Shown here: one piece after another, positions 9,321-18,700 of the stretch
How the letters are laid out: each line of letters opens with the position of its first letter
Numbering within the stretch: position 1 is the stretch's first letter
NCBI GenBank assembly: GCA_902802805.1
Contig: CADCNE010000003.1
Span: 14,791-78,790, forward strand
Source: an uncultured Eubacteriales bacterium
GTDB taxonomy: Bacteria; Bacillota; Clostridia; Christensenellales; CAG-138
Length of the DNA stretch: 64,000 bases
Reading direction: 5' to 3'
Made by a program: the position numbers and the translations under genes
Notes under the pieces: generated by a model
Databases searched by the model: none
Told to the model about the DNA's origin: nothing
What the model saw: the letters and a program-made list of their open reading frames with translations, nothing else

Positions 9321-9349
9321 AAAAAGAAACGGCGGTTTGCGCCGTTTCT
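9321..9349 (-). terminator. rho-independent terminator downstream of the LRR lipoprotein gene
   Basis: 10-bp stem agaaacggcg/cgccgtttct with loop gtttg, followed by a T-run on the minus strand (A-run 9321-9325 on plus). Confidence 0.75.
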
Positions 9350-9399
9350 TCCTATCAGCATATTGCAAGATCCATTTGTCGCAAATGGTCTGCCACCTT

Positions 9400-9412
9400 T
9401 TTCGACAGACTG
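9400..9412 (+). repeat. right copy of the 13-bp direct repeat TTTCGACAGACTG
   Basis: Exact match to 6836-6848. It lies 5 nt beyond the stop of the LRR gene. Confidence 0.9.
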
Positions 9413-9416
9413 CAGA

Positions 9417-10811
9417 TTATTGGAAGGACACCTTCACATCCTGGGACGCGAACCAGTCCGTGGCGCTCATGCTGTAGAGGGCCAGCGCATCCTCGTCCAG
9501 GCTCTCCTGGATATCCTTGCTCAGGGACAGCTTGGTGAGGTTGGGGTGCTGCGCGAGGGCCAGCAGGGTCTCGTTCCGATCGTCCAGCTTGTTCAGCTTC
9601 CGGGCGTCCAGCTCCTTGAGGCCCGGGCAATCGTCGAACAGGAAGTCCAGATCCGTCACGCCGGTGCCGTTGATCTGGAGCTTCCGCAGCTTCGGGAAGC
9701 AGTTGACCACGGAAAGATCGTCCTCGTTGAGCCGGGAATCGTTGTTCACGTTCAGGATGGTGAGCCGCTTCAGCGGCGAGATGGCCGACAGGTCGGAGAT
9801 GTTCAGCGAATAGATGTACAGCGTTTCCATGGTGTTGATGTAGCCCACCGAACGCAGGTCCCCGTTCCCGATGGGATTGTCCGCCAGATTGAGATAGGTG
9901 AGAGGCAGATCCTCGATGGGCGTGATGTCGGAGACGTTGTTGTGGCAGATGCTCAGGTGGGTGAGCTTCGTCAGATCCTCCACGAAGGAGATATCGTTGA
10001 GGCCGCAGGTCATGATCTCCAGATAGGTCAGGTCCGTCAGCAGGCCGACCTGCTCCACGCCGGAGAGCTCGCCGTAGTCCAGGACCAGGGACTGCAGGTT
10101 GGGGCAGTAGGTGACCAGGTCCGTGAACTCCTGGGTGGTGAAGGTCTTGTGGACCTTGCTGGTACCGCGGACCTCCACCTTGGTCTCGCCCACGGGGATG
10201 GTGACGCCGCCGAAGGTGAACTCCGTCACGGAGGGGTCCGCCGCGGGGGTCAGCTTCGTCAGCATGACCTGGATCTGGTGGTTCGGGGTGACGGCGGTCT
10301 CCCCCTTGGCGCAGAACACGCGAACCTCATAGTTCTGATCCGGGGTGGTCAGGGTGTAGATCGTATTGGTCTTCGTCTCCTCGGGCTCCGGCCGCAGGGT
10401 CTGCAGGGACGCCGACAGCTCATTCACGTCGCTGTCCGCGATGCCGAAGTCCCTGATCCGCCCGGAGACGCCGATGCACTTGTCGGTGGGCTGGATGTCC
10501 CTCAGGGCGATGGAGCTGGGGATGAACCCGACCTTGTCCGTCAGCAGGGCGGCCCACCGCTTCTGCACCAGGGGCGCGTGGAAATGGAAGGAGACGGTGC
10601 TGTTGTTGAAGATATAGGCCGCCGGCCGATCCTTCTCGAGATACACCATGGACAGGGGCCCGAAGGCCGCTTCCACCTCTTCATAGGTCTTGCCGATCAT
10701 GGAGCCCGCCTCCGACTGGAAAAAGGCGTCCTGGGCGTTCTGTACCGCCACGCACGCGAACAGGCTCCCGCACAGCAGCAGCGTCAACAGCAGGGCAACG
10801 ATCTTTTTCAT
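9417..10811 (-). CDS. leucine-rich-repeat lipoprotein (internalin-like)
   Basis: Signal peptide with lipobox MKKIVALLLTLLLCGSLFAC. The C-terminal two thirds consist of ~22-aa LxxLxLxxN units, e.g. LTHLSICHNNVSDITPIEDLPLTYLNLADNPI. Confidence 0.8.
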   Translation of the reverse strand: MKKIVALLLTLLLCGSLFACVAVQNAQDAFFQSEAGSMIGKTYEEVEAAFGPLSMVYLEKDRPAAYIFNNSTVSFHFHAPLVQKRWAALLTDKVGFIPSSIALRDIQPTDKCIGVSGRIRDFGIADSDVNELSASLQTLRPEPEETKTNTIYTLTTPDQNYEVRVFCAKGETAVTPNHQIQVMLTKLTPAADPSVTEFTFGGVTIPVGETKVEVRGTSKVHKTFTTQEFTDLVTYCPNLQSLVLDYGELSGVEQVGLLTDLTYLEIMTCGLNDISFVEDLTKLTHLSICHNNVSDITPIEDLPLTYLNLADNPIGNGDLRSVGYINTMETLYIYSLNISDLSAISPLKRLTILNVNNDSRLNEDDLSVVNCFPKLRKLQINGTGVTDLDFLFDDCPGLKELDARKLNKLDDRNETLLALAQHPNLTKLSLSKDIQESLDEDALALYSMSATDWFASQDVKVSFQ

Positions 10812-11037
10812 GGTTCCATCCCCCTTGCGAATTTATACACAATAATGATATACCTGTCGTTTCGCATCTGTCAAGAGAGAGTGCCCGAAAAGCCCTGCCC
10901 CACGGCAAAACCTGTCGCTCCGAGCTCCCGTGTCATCACGTGTCCTCCGGATGACAAAAGGGGGCTCAATTATGAACGAATTATCGGACGCACAATGCCC
11001 TTTTGTGCTGTACCATTGGGGCAAGGAGGTACAGGAA

Positions 11038-11646
11038 ATGAAGTATTTGAAGATATTCACGGACTTTCTGGATGTGGTGGAGCCCCTCGATGACGAAGAG
11101 TGCGGGCGGCTCTTCAAGGCCATGCTGGGGTATTCTCTGGACGGAAGGGAGCCTCAGCTGACGGGCAACGAGCGCTTTCTCTGGGTGGTGGCCCGCCAGC
11201 ACATGGACCGGGAGGCGGAGGTCTATGAGAAAAAGGTGAAACATCTCAAGCGGGGAAACGTCCCCGTAACGGAGAAAAAAGGCTCCGTATCGGAGCAAGA
11301 CAAAGACAAAGAAAAAGACAAAGAAAAAGACAAGGACAAAGACTCTCTCTCTTTAGGCGGCGCTGGCGCGCCGGAGGAGAGAGAGAAGAGGCCCACCCTT
11401 TCGGAGGTGATGGAATTCTCTCAACGGGAGGGCATCCAAACGGATGTGGAGTACTTCTTCAACTATTATGAGGCCAACGGCTGGCATATGGGGAAGCAGC
11501 CCATCCGGGATTGGAGGGCCGCCCTGAAGGCCTGGGCCCTGAAAACCCCGACCCTGCGACCCGCCCCGGCCAGAAAGCCGGACTTTTTGGACAACTTCCG
11601 GGGGGCTATGGAACTGTTGAATATGGAGGAGGCGAAACAGGTATGA
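11038..11646 (+). CDS. phage/plasmid-type hypothetical protein (replisome-organizer/DnaD-like C-terminal region, tentative)
   Basis: AAGGAGG RBS at 11024-11030 before the ATG at 11038. N-terminus MKYLKIFTDFLDVVEPLDDEECGRLFKAML, a KDKEKDKEKDKDKD linker, and a C-terminal FFNYYEANGWHMGKQPIRDWRAALKAW typical of phage DnaD-like tails. Confidence 0.55.
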   Translation: MKYLKIFTDFLDVVEPLDDEECGRLFKAMLGYSLDGREPQLTGNERFLWVVARQHMDREAEVYEKKVKHLKRGNVPVTEKKGSVSEQDKDKEKDKEKDKDKDSLSLGGAGAPEEREKRPTLSEVMEFSQREGIQTDVEYFFNYYEANGWHMGKQPIRDWRAALKAWALKTPTLRPAPARKPDFLDNFRGAMELLNMEEAKQV

Positions 11647-11723
11647 GCGGCCCGGGGCGGCTCCCTTGCCAGCGGTGGGGTCCTGTGGTATACTGATCAA
11701 GTCAATGATCCCGGGAGGCGTCC

Positions 11724-12518
11724 ATGCTGTATCTGTATCTCGGTCTCAGCTTTGGGGCCGCTTTTCTTCTGTCCCACAAGCCCATAGAGGTGCCCCTGTT
11801 CTTCCTGGGCGCCTTTGTGGCGCTGGTCATACTGCACGTGCTGGTGCTGGCCGTCGCGTCCCTGTTCGTCAACAAAAAGGACCCGGACCCCAAAAGGTTC
11901 CCCTTCTACCGGAAGCTTTTGACCCTCTCCATCGACCCCCTGCTGACGTTGGGGGGCGTCCAGGTGAAGCTGGTGGGCGCGGACAGGCTCCCCGAGGGCG
12001 GGTTTTTGCTGGTGGGGAACCACAGGTCCGACTTCGACCCCATCACCGCCATATACGCCCTCCGGGACCGGGGGCTCACCTTCGTCACCAAGAAGGAGAA
12101 CATCGACATCCCCGTGGGCGGCCGGCTGATCGCGGGCTCCGGGTGCATCTCCCTGGACCGCAGCGATGACAAGCAGGGCCTTTTAGTGATCCGGCAGGCG
12201 GTCCGCCGCATCCGGGAGGGGGAGGCCATCGGCATCTACCCCGAGGGCACCCGCTCGAAGACCGGGGAGCTCCTGCCGTTTCGGGTGGGCTGTTTCAAGG
12301 CCGCCCAGTGGGCCAAGTGCCCCCTGGTGGTGCTCAAAACCAAGGGCACGGAGGACATCGGCCATAACTTCTTCCTCCGCCGCACCCCCGTCACCCTGAC
12401 CGTGGCCGCCGTCCTGCCCTATGACGAGATCGCAGACCTGACCACGCAGGAGATCGGCGACAGGGTGCGGGCCATTTTGACCGAGAGTCAGGAGGGTGAA
12501 AGCAAATGGAGCGAATAA
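11724..12518 (+). CDS. plsC: 1-acyl-sn-glycerol-3-phosphate acyltransferase family protein
   Basis: N-terminal TM segments, the HX4D motif NHRSDFDP and the YPEGTRS motif. Confidence 0.8.
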   Translation: MLYLYLGLSFGAAFLLSHKPIEVPLFFLGAFVALVILHVLVLAVASLFVNKKDPDPKRFPFYRKLLTLSIDPLLTLGGVQVKLVGADRLPEGGFLLVGNHRSDFDPITAIYALRDRGLTFVTKKENIDIPVGGRLIAGSGCISLDRSDDKQGLLVIRQAVRRIREGEAIGIYPEGTRSKTGELLPFRVGCFKAAQWAKCPLVVLKTKGTEDIGHNFFLRRTPVTLTVAAVLPYDEIADLTTQEIGDRVRAILTESQEGESKWSE

Positions 12519-13156
12519 AGAACGTGCTCTTCGACCTGGACGGGACGCTGACGGACCCGGCGGAGGGGATCACCAACGCGCTGATGCACGCCCAGCGGCG
12601 GCTGGGGCGGCCGGTGAGCCCCCGGGAGGATCTATTTGTGTTCATCGGCCCGCCGCTCATCGAGACGTTCATGAGCGAGTGGGGGCTGAGCCGTGAGGAG
12701 AGCGAGCAGGCGCTGGTCTATTACCGGGAGCACTTCGGCACGAAGGGGCTGTTCGAGAACGTGCCCTATGCGGGCATCGGGGACTGCCTGGCGCGGCTGA
12801 AAGAGGCGGGCCTCCGACTGTTCGTGGCCACGTCGAAGCCCGAGCCGCTGTCGCTGCGGATATTGGAGCACTTCGACCTCCTAAAATACTTCGAGGCCGT
12901 GGCGGGCTCCACCATGGACGAGCAGCGCACGAAAAAGGGCGAGGTCATCGCCTACGCCCTCGATACATATGCTCTTGACCCTGCCGAGACCGTCATGGTG
13001 GGCGACAGGAAGCACGACGTCATCGGCGCCCGGGAGAACGGCGTCCCCTGCGTGGGCGTCCTCTACGGGTATGGGTCACGGACGGAGCTTATGGAGGCCG
13101 GGGCCGCGGCCCTGGCGGCGGACTTGAACCAGTTGACAGCTTTGCTGCTGGGATAG
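12506..13156 (+). CDS. HAD-IA family hydrolase (phosphoglycolate phosphatase-like)
   Basis: DLDGTLTD motif I, SKPEP and GDRKHD motifs. It overlaps the upstream gene by 13 nt. Confidence 0.8.
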   Translation: MERIKNVLFDLDGTLTDPAEGITNALMHAQRRLGRPVSPREDLFVFIGPPLIETFMSEWGLSREESEQALVYYREHFGTKGLFENVPYAGIGDCLARLKEAGLRLFVATSKPEPLSLRILEHFDLLKYFEAVAGSTMDEQRTKKGEVIAYALDTYALDPAETVMVGDRKHDVIGARENGVPCVGVLYGYGSRTELMEAGAAALAADLNQLTALLLG

Positions 13157-13179
13157 AGCAGCGGGAACAGGAGGAGACC

Positions 13180-14340
13180 ATGGCGGAGGACGAACGGGCG
13201 TATCGGCGGCAGCGCAGGACGTACCAGGCGCTGTTTGGATTTGCGGGGCGGCTGATGAAGTGGCTGCTGAACTATGAGGCGGTCCCCGCGCCCCAGGCGG
13301 AAGGGCCCCTTTTGGTGCTCAGCAACCACGTGACGGATTTCGACCCCATTTTGGTGGGGCTCAGCTTCCCCGAGCACATGTATTTCGTGGCCGGGGAGAA
13401 CGTGCTGCGCATGGGGTTCCTGTCGAAGCTGGTCACCCGCTACGGGTCCATCATCCAGCGGGTGAAGGGCACCACCGACGCGGAGGCGGCGCTGCAGATC
13501 CTGCGGACGCTGAAGAAGGGCCGGAACGTGTGCATGTTCGCCGAGGGCAGCCGCACCTTCACCGGCGAGACGCTGCCCATCGCGCCTGCCACGGCGAAGC
13601 TGGTAAAGCTCTCACGGTCCACGCTGGTCACCTACCGGCTCACGGGCGGGTATTTGACCACGCCCCGGTGGAGCGCCCATAGGCGCAAGGGGCGCATGTT
13701 CGGCGAAGCTGTGGGGGTGTACACGCCGGAGGCATTGAAGGGGATGTCCGAGGGGGAGATCCTGGACCTCTTGAAGCGGGACCTGTACGAGAACGCCTAC
13801 GAGACGCAGGCGAAGGGCCCTGTCGCCTTTAAGGGGAAGGCGCTGGCGGAGACGCTGGAGACGGCTCTGTACCTGTGCCCCAAGTGCCACAGGATCGACA
13901 CGCTCCACAGCGACGGGGACCGGTTCTACTGCGACTGCGGGCTCAGTATGACCATCGATGAATTTGGCTTCTTCCGGGGGGAGGAGCTGCCCTTTACAAC
14001 GCCCCTCGAGTGGGATAAATGGCAGGAGGCGGAGATGGAAAAGCTGGCGGAGACGTTGGGCGAGGAAGCGGCCTTCTCCGACGAGGGCCAGACCCTGAAC
14101 CAGAAGGAGGACGACCACAGCCTGACGCCGCTCACCACGGGCACCATGGCCCTCTACCGGGATAGGCTCACGTTGGGCGAGTACACCTTCCCGCTCCACG
14201 ACCTCAGGGGCATCGGGCTCATCCAGCGGCAGGGGATGGTCTTCTCCACCGCCGACGCCGACTACGCCGTCACGGCGGACAAGCTGCGGTGCGTGAGGAA
14301 GTATCATACTTTATTTGAATATTTAAAGAGGAAGTATTGA
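13180..14340 (+). CDS. lysophospholipid acyltransferase family protein with a C-terminal zinc-ribbon-like domain
   Basis: HX4D motif NHVTDFDP and FAEGSRT. The C-terminal part carries CPKCHRID...YCDCG. Confidence 0.75.
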   Translation: MAEDERAYRRQRRTYQALFGFAGRLMKWLLNYEAVPAPQAEGPLLVLSNHVTDFDPILVGLSFPEHMYFVAGENVLRMGFLSKLVTRYGSIIQRVKGTTDAEAALQILRTLKKGRNVCMFAEGSRTFTGETLPIAPATAKLVKLSRSTLVTYRLTGGYLTTPRWSAHRRKGRMFGEAVGVYTPEALKGMSEGEILDLLKRDLYENAYETQAKGPVAFKGKALAETLETALYLCPKCHRIDTLHSDGDRFYCDCGLSMTIDEFGFFRGEELPFTTPLEWDKWQEAEMEKLAETLGEEAAFSDEGQTLNQKEDDHSLTPLTTGTMALYRDRLTLGEYTFPLHDLRGIGLIQRQGMVFSTADADYAVTADKLRCVRKYHTLFEYLKRKY

Positions 14341-14347
14341 AAGCTTC

Positions 14348-14485
14348 GCAACCTTTTCTTGAAAGAAAAGGTTGCACCAAAAGAACTTAAGAGGGGATAT
14401 GACTGTCGTATGTATAGCCATATCCCCTCTTAAGCTTCTCTTTTTTGCGCCGCTTTTTTCTCTTCACCGAAGAGAAAAAAGCGGC
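14348..14485. repeat. three-hairpin intergenic module, copy A, between convergent genes
   Basis: Hairpins at 14348-14375, 14387-14433 and 14449-14485. Positions 14432-14485 are the exact reverse complement of 27384-27437. Confidence 0.9.
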
Positions 14486-14495
14486 AAAAGAAGAA

Positions 14496-15752
14496 TCATA
14501 GTATTCTTAATCCTTTGGGTAAATGGTTCTTTAAAATACCATCGGTACCCTTACCTAAACCCAGGGCGAGGCCTGCGTGGGTCACAGCGCACCAGCCCGC
14601 CACATCCGTGGGCAGGGTCTCGCCGTGGAGGTAGCGGAGGGCGTCGGGGGCGGAGAGCTCCACTCGCTGGCGAAGGGGCAAACCGGAGGCCATGGCGAGG
14701 GCGTGGGCGGGCACGAACCGGCCCTTGACGACCTCGCCGAGAAGCAGCCCCGCCCGGAGCACCCGCATCCCGTCCAGGGCGCAGGGCAGGGGCGGCAGCA
14801 GCAGGGCCCGCCCATCGGGGAGCAGCCGCAAGGGGGCTTTCAGGACGGTGCATGCCTCATCTATAAACGCCTCCGCCAGGGGCGCTTTGCTGTTTTTGGG
14901 GGCAAGATACGCGGTGGCCGGGGCCTCGCCCCTGCGGCGGAGCCTGGCGGCGTACTGGCCCTCGCCCAGGGAGGTGTGGGGGTACAGCCGCCGCTCCTCC
15001 ACCAGCTCGAAGTCCGGGTACTCCGACAGGAACCAGGCCACGTTCTCCTCGTTCTCTGCGGGGGAAAAGGAGCAGGTGGAGTAGACCAGCTGCCCGCCGG
15101 GCTTCACCGCCTTCTGCGCGGAGGCGAGGATCGCCCGCTGCCGCCTGGCGCAGGATAAAACGTGCTCGGGGGACCACTCGGCCACGGCCCCGGGGTCCTT
15201 GCGGAACATCCCCTCCCCGGCGCAGGGGGCGTCCACGAGTACCCCGTCGAACACCGGCCCGGTGAGGGCGGTGAGCTTCTCCGGGTCCATGGAGGTGATG
15301 ACCATGTTCTTCGCGCCCATGCGCTCCAGGTTGCCAAGGAGGACGTTGGCCCGATTGGGCACGATCTCGTTGGAGAACAGCACCCCCTGAGGCACCTTCT
15401 CGGCGAGCTGGGCGGACTTTCCCCCCGGTGCGGCGCACACATCCAGCACCGCCATGCCGGGCGTCAGGTCAAAGAGGGAGGCGGGCATCTGGGCGCTGAG
15501 CTCCTGCACATAGTACGCCCCCCCGGCGTGCAGGGGGTCCCGGCCCGGGGCAAACCCTTCCGGCAGCAGAAACCCTTCCCCGCCTGTGGGGAGGAAATCG
15601 GGCCGCAGCTCGGCCAGCTTTTCCGGGCTCAGCTTCAGCCCGTTCGCCCGGGCGGCCCGCTTCTCAGGTTCGGCCATGGCGGCAAGATATGCGTCGAAAT
15701 CCTCGCCCAGCTGGCCCTTCATTCGATCCAAATACGCTTGCGGTAGGTTCAT
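14496..15752 (-). CDS. RsmB/RsmF-family rRNA cytosine-C5 methyltransferase
   Basis: SAM site VLDVCAAPGGKS and catalytic motifs DAPCAGEGMFRKDP and YSTCSFSP. The ATG at 15752 overlaps the addA stop as ATGA. The track ORF starts at 15764. Confidence 0.85.
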   Translation of the reverse strand: MNLPQAYLDRMKGQLGEDFDAYLAAMAEPEKRAARANGLKLSPEKLAELRPDFLPTGGEGFLLPEGFAPGRDPLHAGGAYYVQELSAQMPASLFDLTPGMAVLDVCAAPGGKSAQLAEKVPQGVLFSNEIVPNRANVLLGNLERMGAKNMVITSMDPEKLTALTGPVFDGVLVDAPCAGEGMFRKDPGAVAEWSPEHVLSCARRQRAILASAQKAVKPGGQLVYSTCSFSPAENEENVAWFLSEYPDFELVEERRLYPHTSLGEGQYAARLRRRGEAPATAYLAPKNSKAPLAEAFIDEACTVLKAPLRLLPDGRALLLPPLPCALDGMRVLRAGLLLGEVVKGRFVPAHALAMASGLPLRQRVELSAPDALRYLHGETLPTDVAGWCAVTHAGLALGLGKGTDGILKNHLPKGLRIL

Positions 15753-18700
15753 AGCTTCACGCACGCCCTCCCGTTCAGGAACACCACATACTTTTCGGTC
15801 ACCGGCCGCCCGGTCAGGGTCTCCAGGGCCTTCGCATACAGCTCCACCTGCCGCCGGTGCCGCTCCGCCCAGGCGGTGGGGTCCCCCTCCACCCGGTCGG
15901 TCTTATAGTCCAGGAGCACGAACCCGTCCCCTTCCCTGAAGCAGGCGTCGATGACGCCCTGCAGGAGCACCCGCTCCTCGGAGGGCACGCCCAGCAGCTC
16001 CCCGGTGTCCATGGCCAACGTGAAGGGCAGCTCCCGATACACCCGGGGGCTGGTGCACATGCGGGCAAAGAGGTCCGTGCCGATGAAATATCCGAGGTTC
16101 GCCCGGTAGGCGGTCCCGTTCCTTTCGGTCAGATACCCGTCCAGCGCCTCCCCTGTCAGGGGCTTCAGCGGCAGCCTTCTTAAAAGCTCGTGGACGTCCG
16201 TGCCCCGGCTGAGGGCGCTCTCCGCCTCCAGGAAGGCGGGCTCGGCGAAGGTCAGGGTGTGCCTGTCGGCGAGGGCCGTCACGGAGGTCTTGTTGGGCAC
16301 CCCCGCCGCCCGGGCGAAGGGGTACTCGTAGGCGTACCGCCGGGCGAGAGCCTTGATGAGCACCGGGTCCGCCGGGGGCAGGGGCTGGCGGGCCATCTCC
16401 CCGTGGAACGCGAATTCTTCCCGGGGATGGACCACAGTGGGCAGGCTGTCTCTCGCCGTCATCAGCAGCCAATCGAGGTACGACCCGGCTCCCCGCACGG
16501 CGTAGGGCGTCAGGGTCGGGGGCCGGTCCAGGGTCTCCCGGGCGTTCTTGGCCGTGCCCACCAGGATGAGGCGGCGCTTCGCCCGGGTCATGGCCACGTA
16601 CAGCACCCGCATCTCCTCCTCCATCTGCTGCCGCCGGGAGAGGAGCTTCACCGCCCGCCGAAACAGGGGGTCCCGCTTGACGCCGTCCCCGTCCACGAAG
16701 GCGAGGCCCATGCCCAGCTCCCGGTGGAGGAGCAGGGGCGCGCGCTCCCCCTCCCGGCTGAACTTCCGGTTCAGCTCTCCGAGGAACACCACCGGGAACT
16801 CGAGGCCCTTGGACCGGTGGACGGACAAAATGCGGACCACGTCGCTCTGGGCGGTCTGGGAGGCGCCCAGCTTTGCGGAGCTTTCGGCGTCTGCCATATA
16901 GCGCAAAAACCCGTGGAGGCCGAAGCTGCCCGTGCCGTCGTAGCTCCGGGCCTTGGCCACCAGGGCGTCCAGGTTGGCCTGGCGCTGGGGCCCGCCGGCC
17001 ATGGCCCCCATCTCCACGTACAGCTCCGTCTCATCGAGGAGCCGGCTCACCAGCTCCTCCACGGGCACGATACGGCTCTCCCGCCGCCAGCGCTCGATAT
17101 CCTGGAGGAACCGGGCGGTCTTGCCCTCCGGCTCCGCTTTTTCAGCCGCCAGCAGGCAGTCCAGCAGGTCCCCCTTGGGATGCCGGGTCCTGAGCTCGAT
17201 CAATTCTTCATGGGAGAAGCCCCCCACGCTGGAGCGCAGCACGGAAAGCAAAGGGATGTCCTGCCGCCGGTTGTCGATGACCCTCAGGAGGTCCAGCAGC
17301 ACCATGACCTCCACGGACTCGAAGTAGCCGCCGGTGAGCTGGGCGTAGCAGGGGATATGGGCGAGGACCAGCGTCCGGGCGAAGGTCCGGGCGTCGTTCA
17401 TGCTCCGGAGCAGGATCGCGAAGTCCCCGTACCGGTAGGGCCGGGGGGGCTTGTCCGGGGCCTCCTGGTAGAGCTCGGTCTCCATGAGCTCCCGGATGCG
17501 CCGGGCGCAGAACCAGGCCTCGGCCTCGGCGGCCTCCATGTCCTCCCCGTCGTCCGCGTCCTCCCCGGGCTGCTTCTCGATGAGGTGCAGCTCTACCCCG
17601 CCCTCCGGCTGGTCCATGCCGGGGCGCAGGGCGGCCTTCTCGTCGTATTCGATGGGGCTCTGGCCCGGGACCATGAGCTTTTCAAAGACCCGGTTCACCG
17701 CGTCCAGGACCTGGGGGCTGCTTCTGAAGTTGTGGTTGAGGTCGATCCGTTTCCCCACGTCGCCGGTGAAGGTTTTGAGCTTCTCTAAAAACAGCCCCGG
17801 CTCCGCCATGCGAAAGCCGTAGATAGATTGCTTCACGTCGCCCACGAAGAAGAGGTCGTCCGGGCGGCGGATGCGGTTCAAAATGGCCTCCTGGACCCGG
17901 GTGCTGTCCTGGTACTCGTCCACGATGATGGCCGTGAACCGATCCCGATACTCCTGAGCGGCCTCGTCGTTCTCCAGAATTTTCGCGCAGAAGTGCTCGA
18001 GATCGTTGAAGTCGATCCGGTCCCTGTCCCGCTTCATGGCGTCGTATATGGCCTGCTGCCGCTGCCACAGGCGGATGAGGGACAGCAGCACCTGGGCGGC
18101 GGCAAGATACACCCGCCACTGGCGGTCCATCTCCCCCTCGTAGATACTGAGCTGATCCTTGATCTCGTCCTTGACCCTGGTGCGGGCCTTTTCCAGGATC
18201 TTTTTGTCCGCCTCCTCCATGTCCTTGGGGTAGGTGATCCGGCTGAACGCCACGGCCCCCAACGCCTGGGCGTAGTCGGCGGGGGTCCGCTGCAGCAGGG
18301 TCCCCCGGCCGTGGGCGATGGTCTCGTCCAGGTTGGCGATCAGCTTCCCCCAGGCGGCGGGGTAGCCGTCCCGCAGGCGGATGAGGTCCTCGAGGGCCGC
18401 CTCAAAGGTGGCCTTGTCCTCATCGAAGCATACGAGCACCCCCCGGTCGAAGGCTTCTCGGCTGGTCAGGTTCTCCTCCGCCTGATCGAGCCAGCCCGCC
18501 GGGTCCGGCTGGGCCATGAGAAAGGCGGTCAGGGCGTTCAGGGCCCCCTTCACCCCCTCCTCCCGCTCGAAGGCCCGGATGAGGCGCTTATAGCTGGGGG
18601 CGTCCTCGGTGGCCAGGGCGGTCAACGCCTCCTCCGTGGCCTGGTCCCGCAAAACGGCGCTCTCCGTCTCGTCCAGGGTAGCGGCCGACGGGGACAGGCC

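Larger units (their letters stand above)
6836..9412. other. AT-rich, probably horizontally acquired island bracketed by 13-bp direct repeats. No mobility gene was recognised.
   Basis: Base composition changes abruptly by eye from clearly GC-rich flanks to an AT-rich interior. TTTCGACAGACTG occurs at 6836-6848 and again at 9400-9412. Near-terminal inverted copies are AAAGGCTGGCAGA (6863-6875) and tctgccaccttt (9389-9400). Confidence 0.5.

Noticed and set aside
6849-9399. Calling the island a defined mobile element (IS, MITE, integrative element or prophage remnant).
   Set aside because: Flanking direct repeats and weak terminal inverted repeats are present. No transposase, integrase or recombinase is present, and no tRNA or other typical attachment site. 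I therefore kept it as a putative island only.
11299-11343. The KDKEKDKEKDKDKD-coding short repeat, considered as a regulatory or slippage-prone tract.
   Set aside because: It is an in-frame charged linker within the phage-type protein. The repeat units are not identical at the DNA level, and nothing suggests phase variation.
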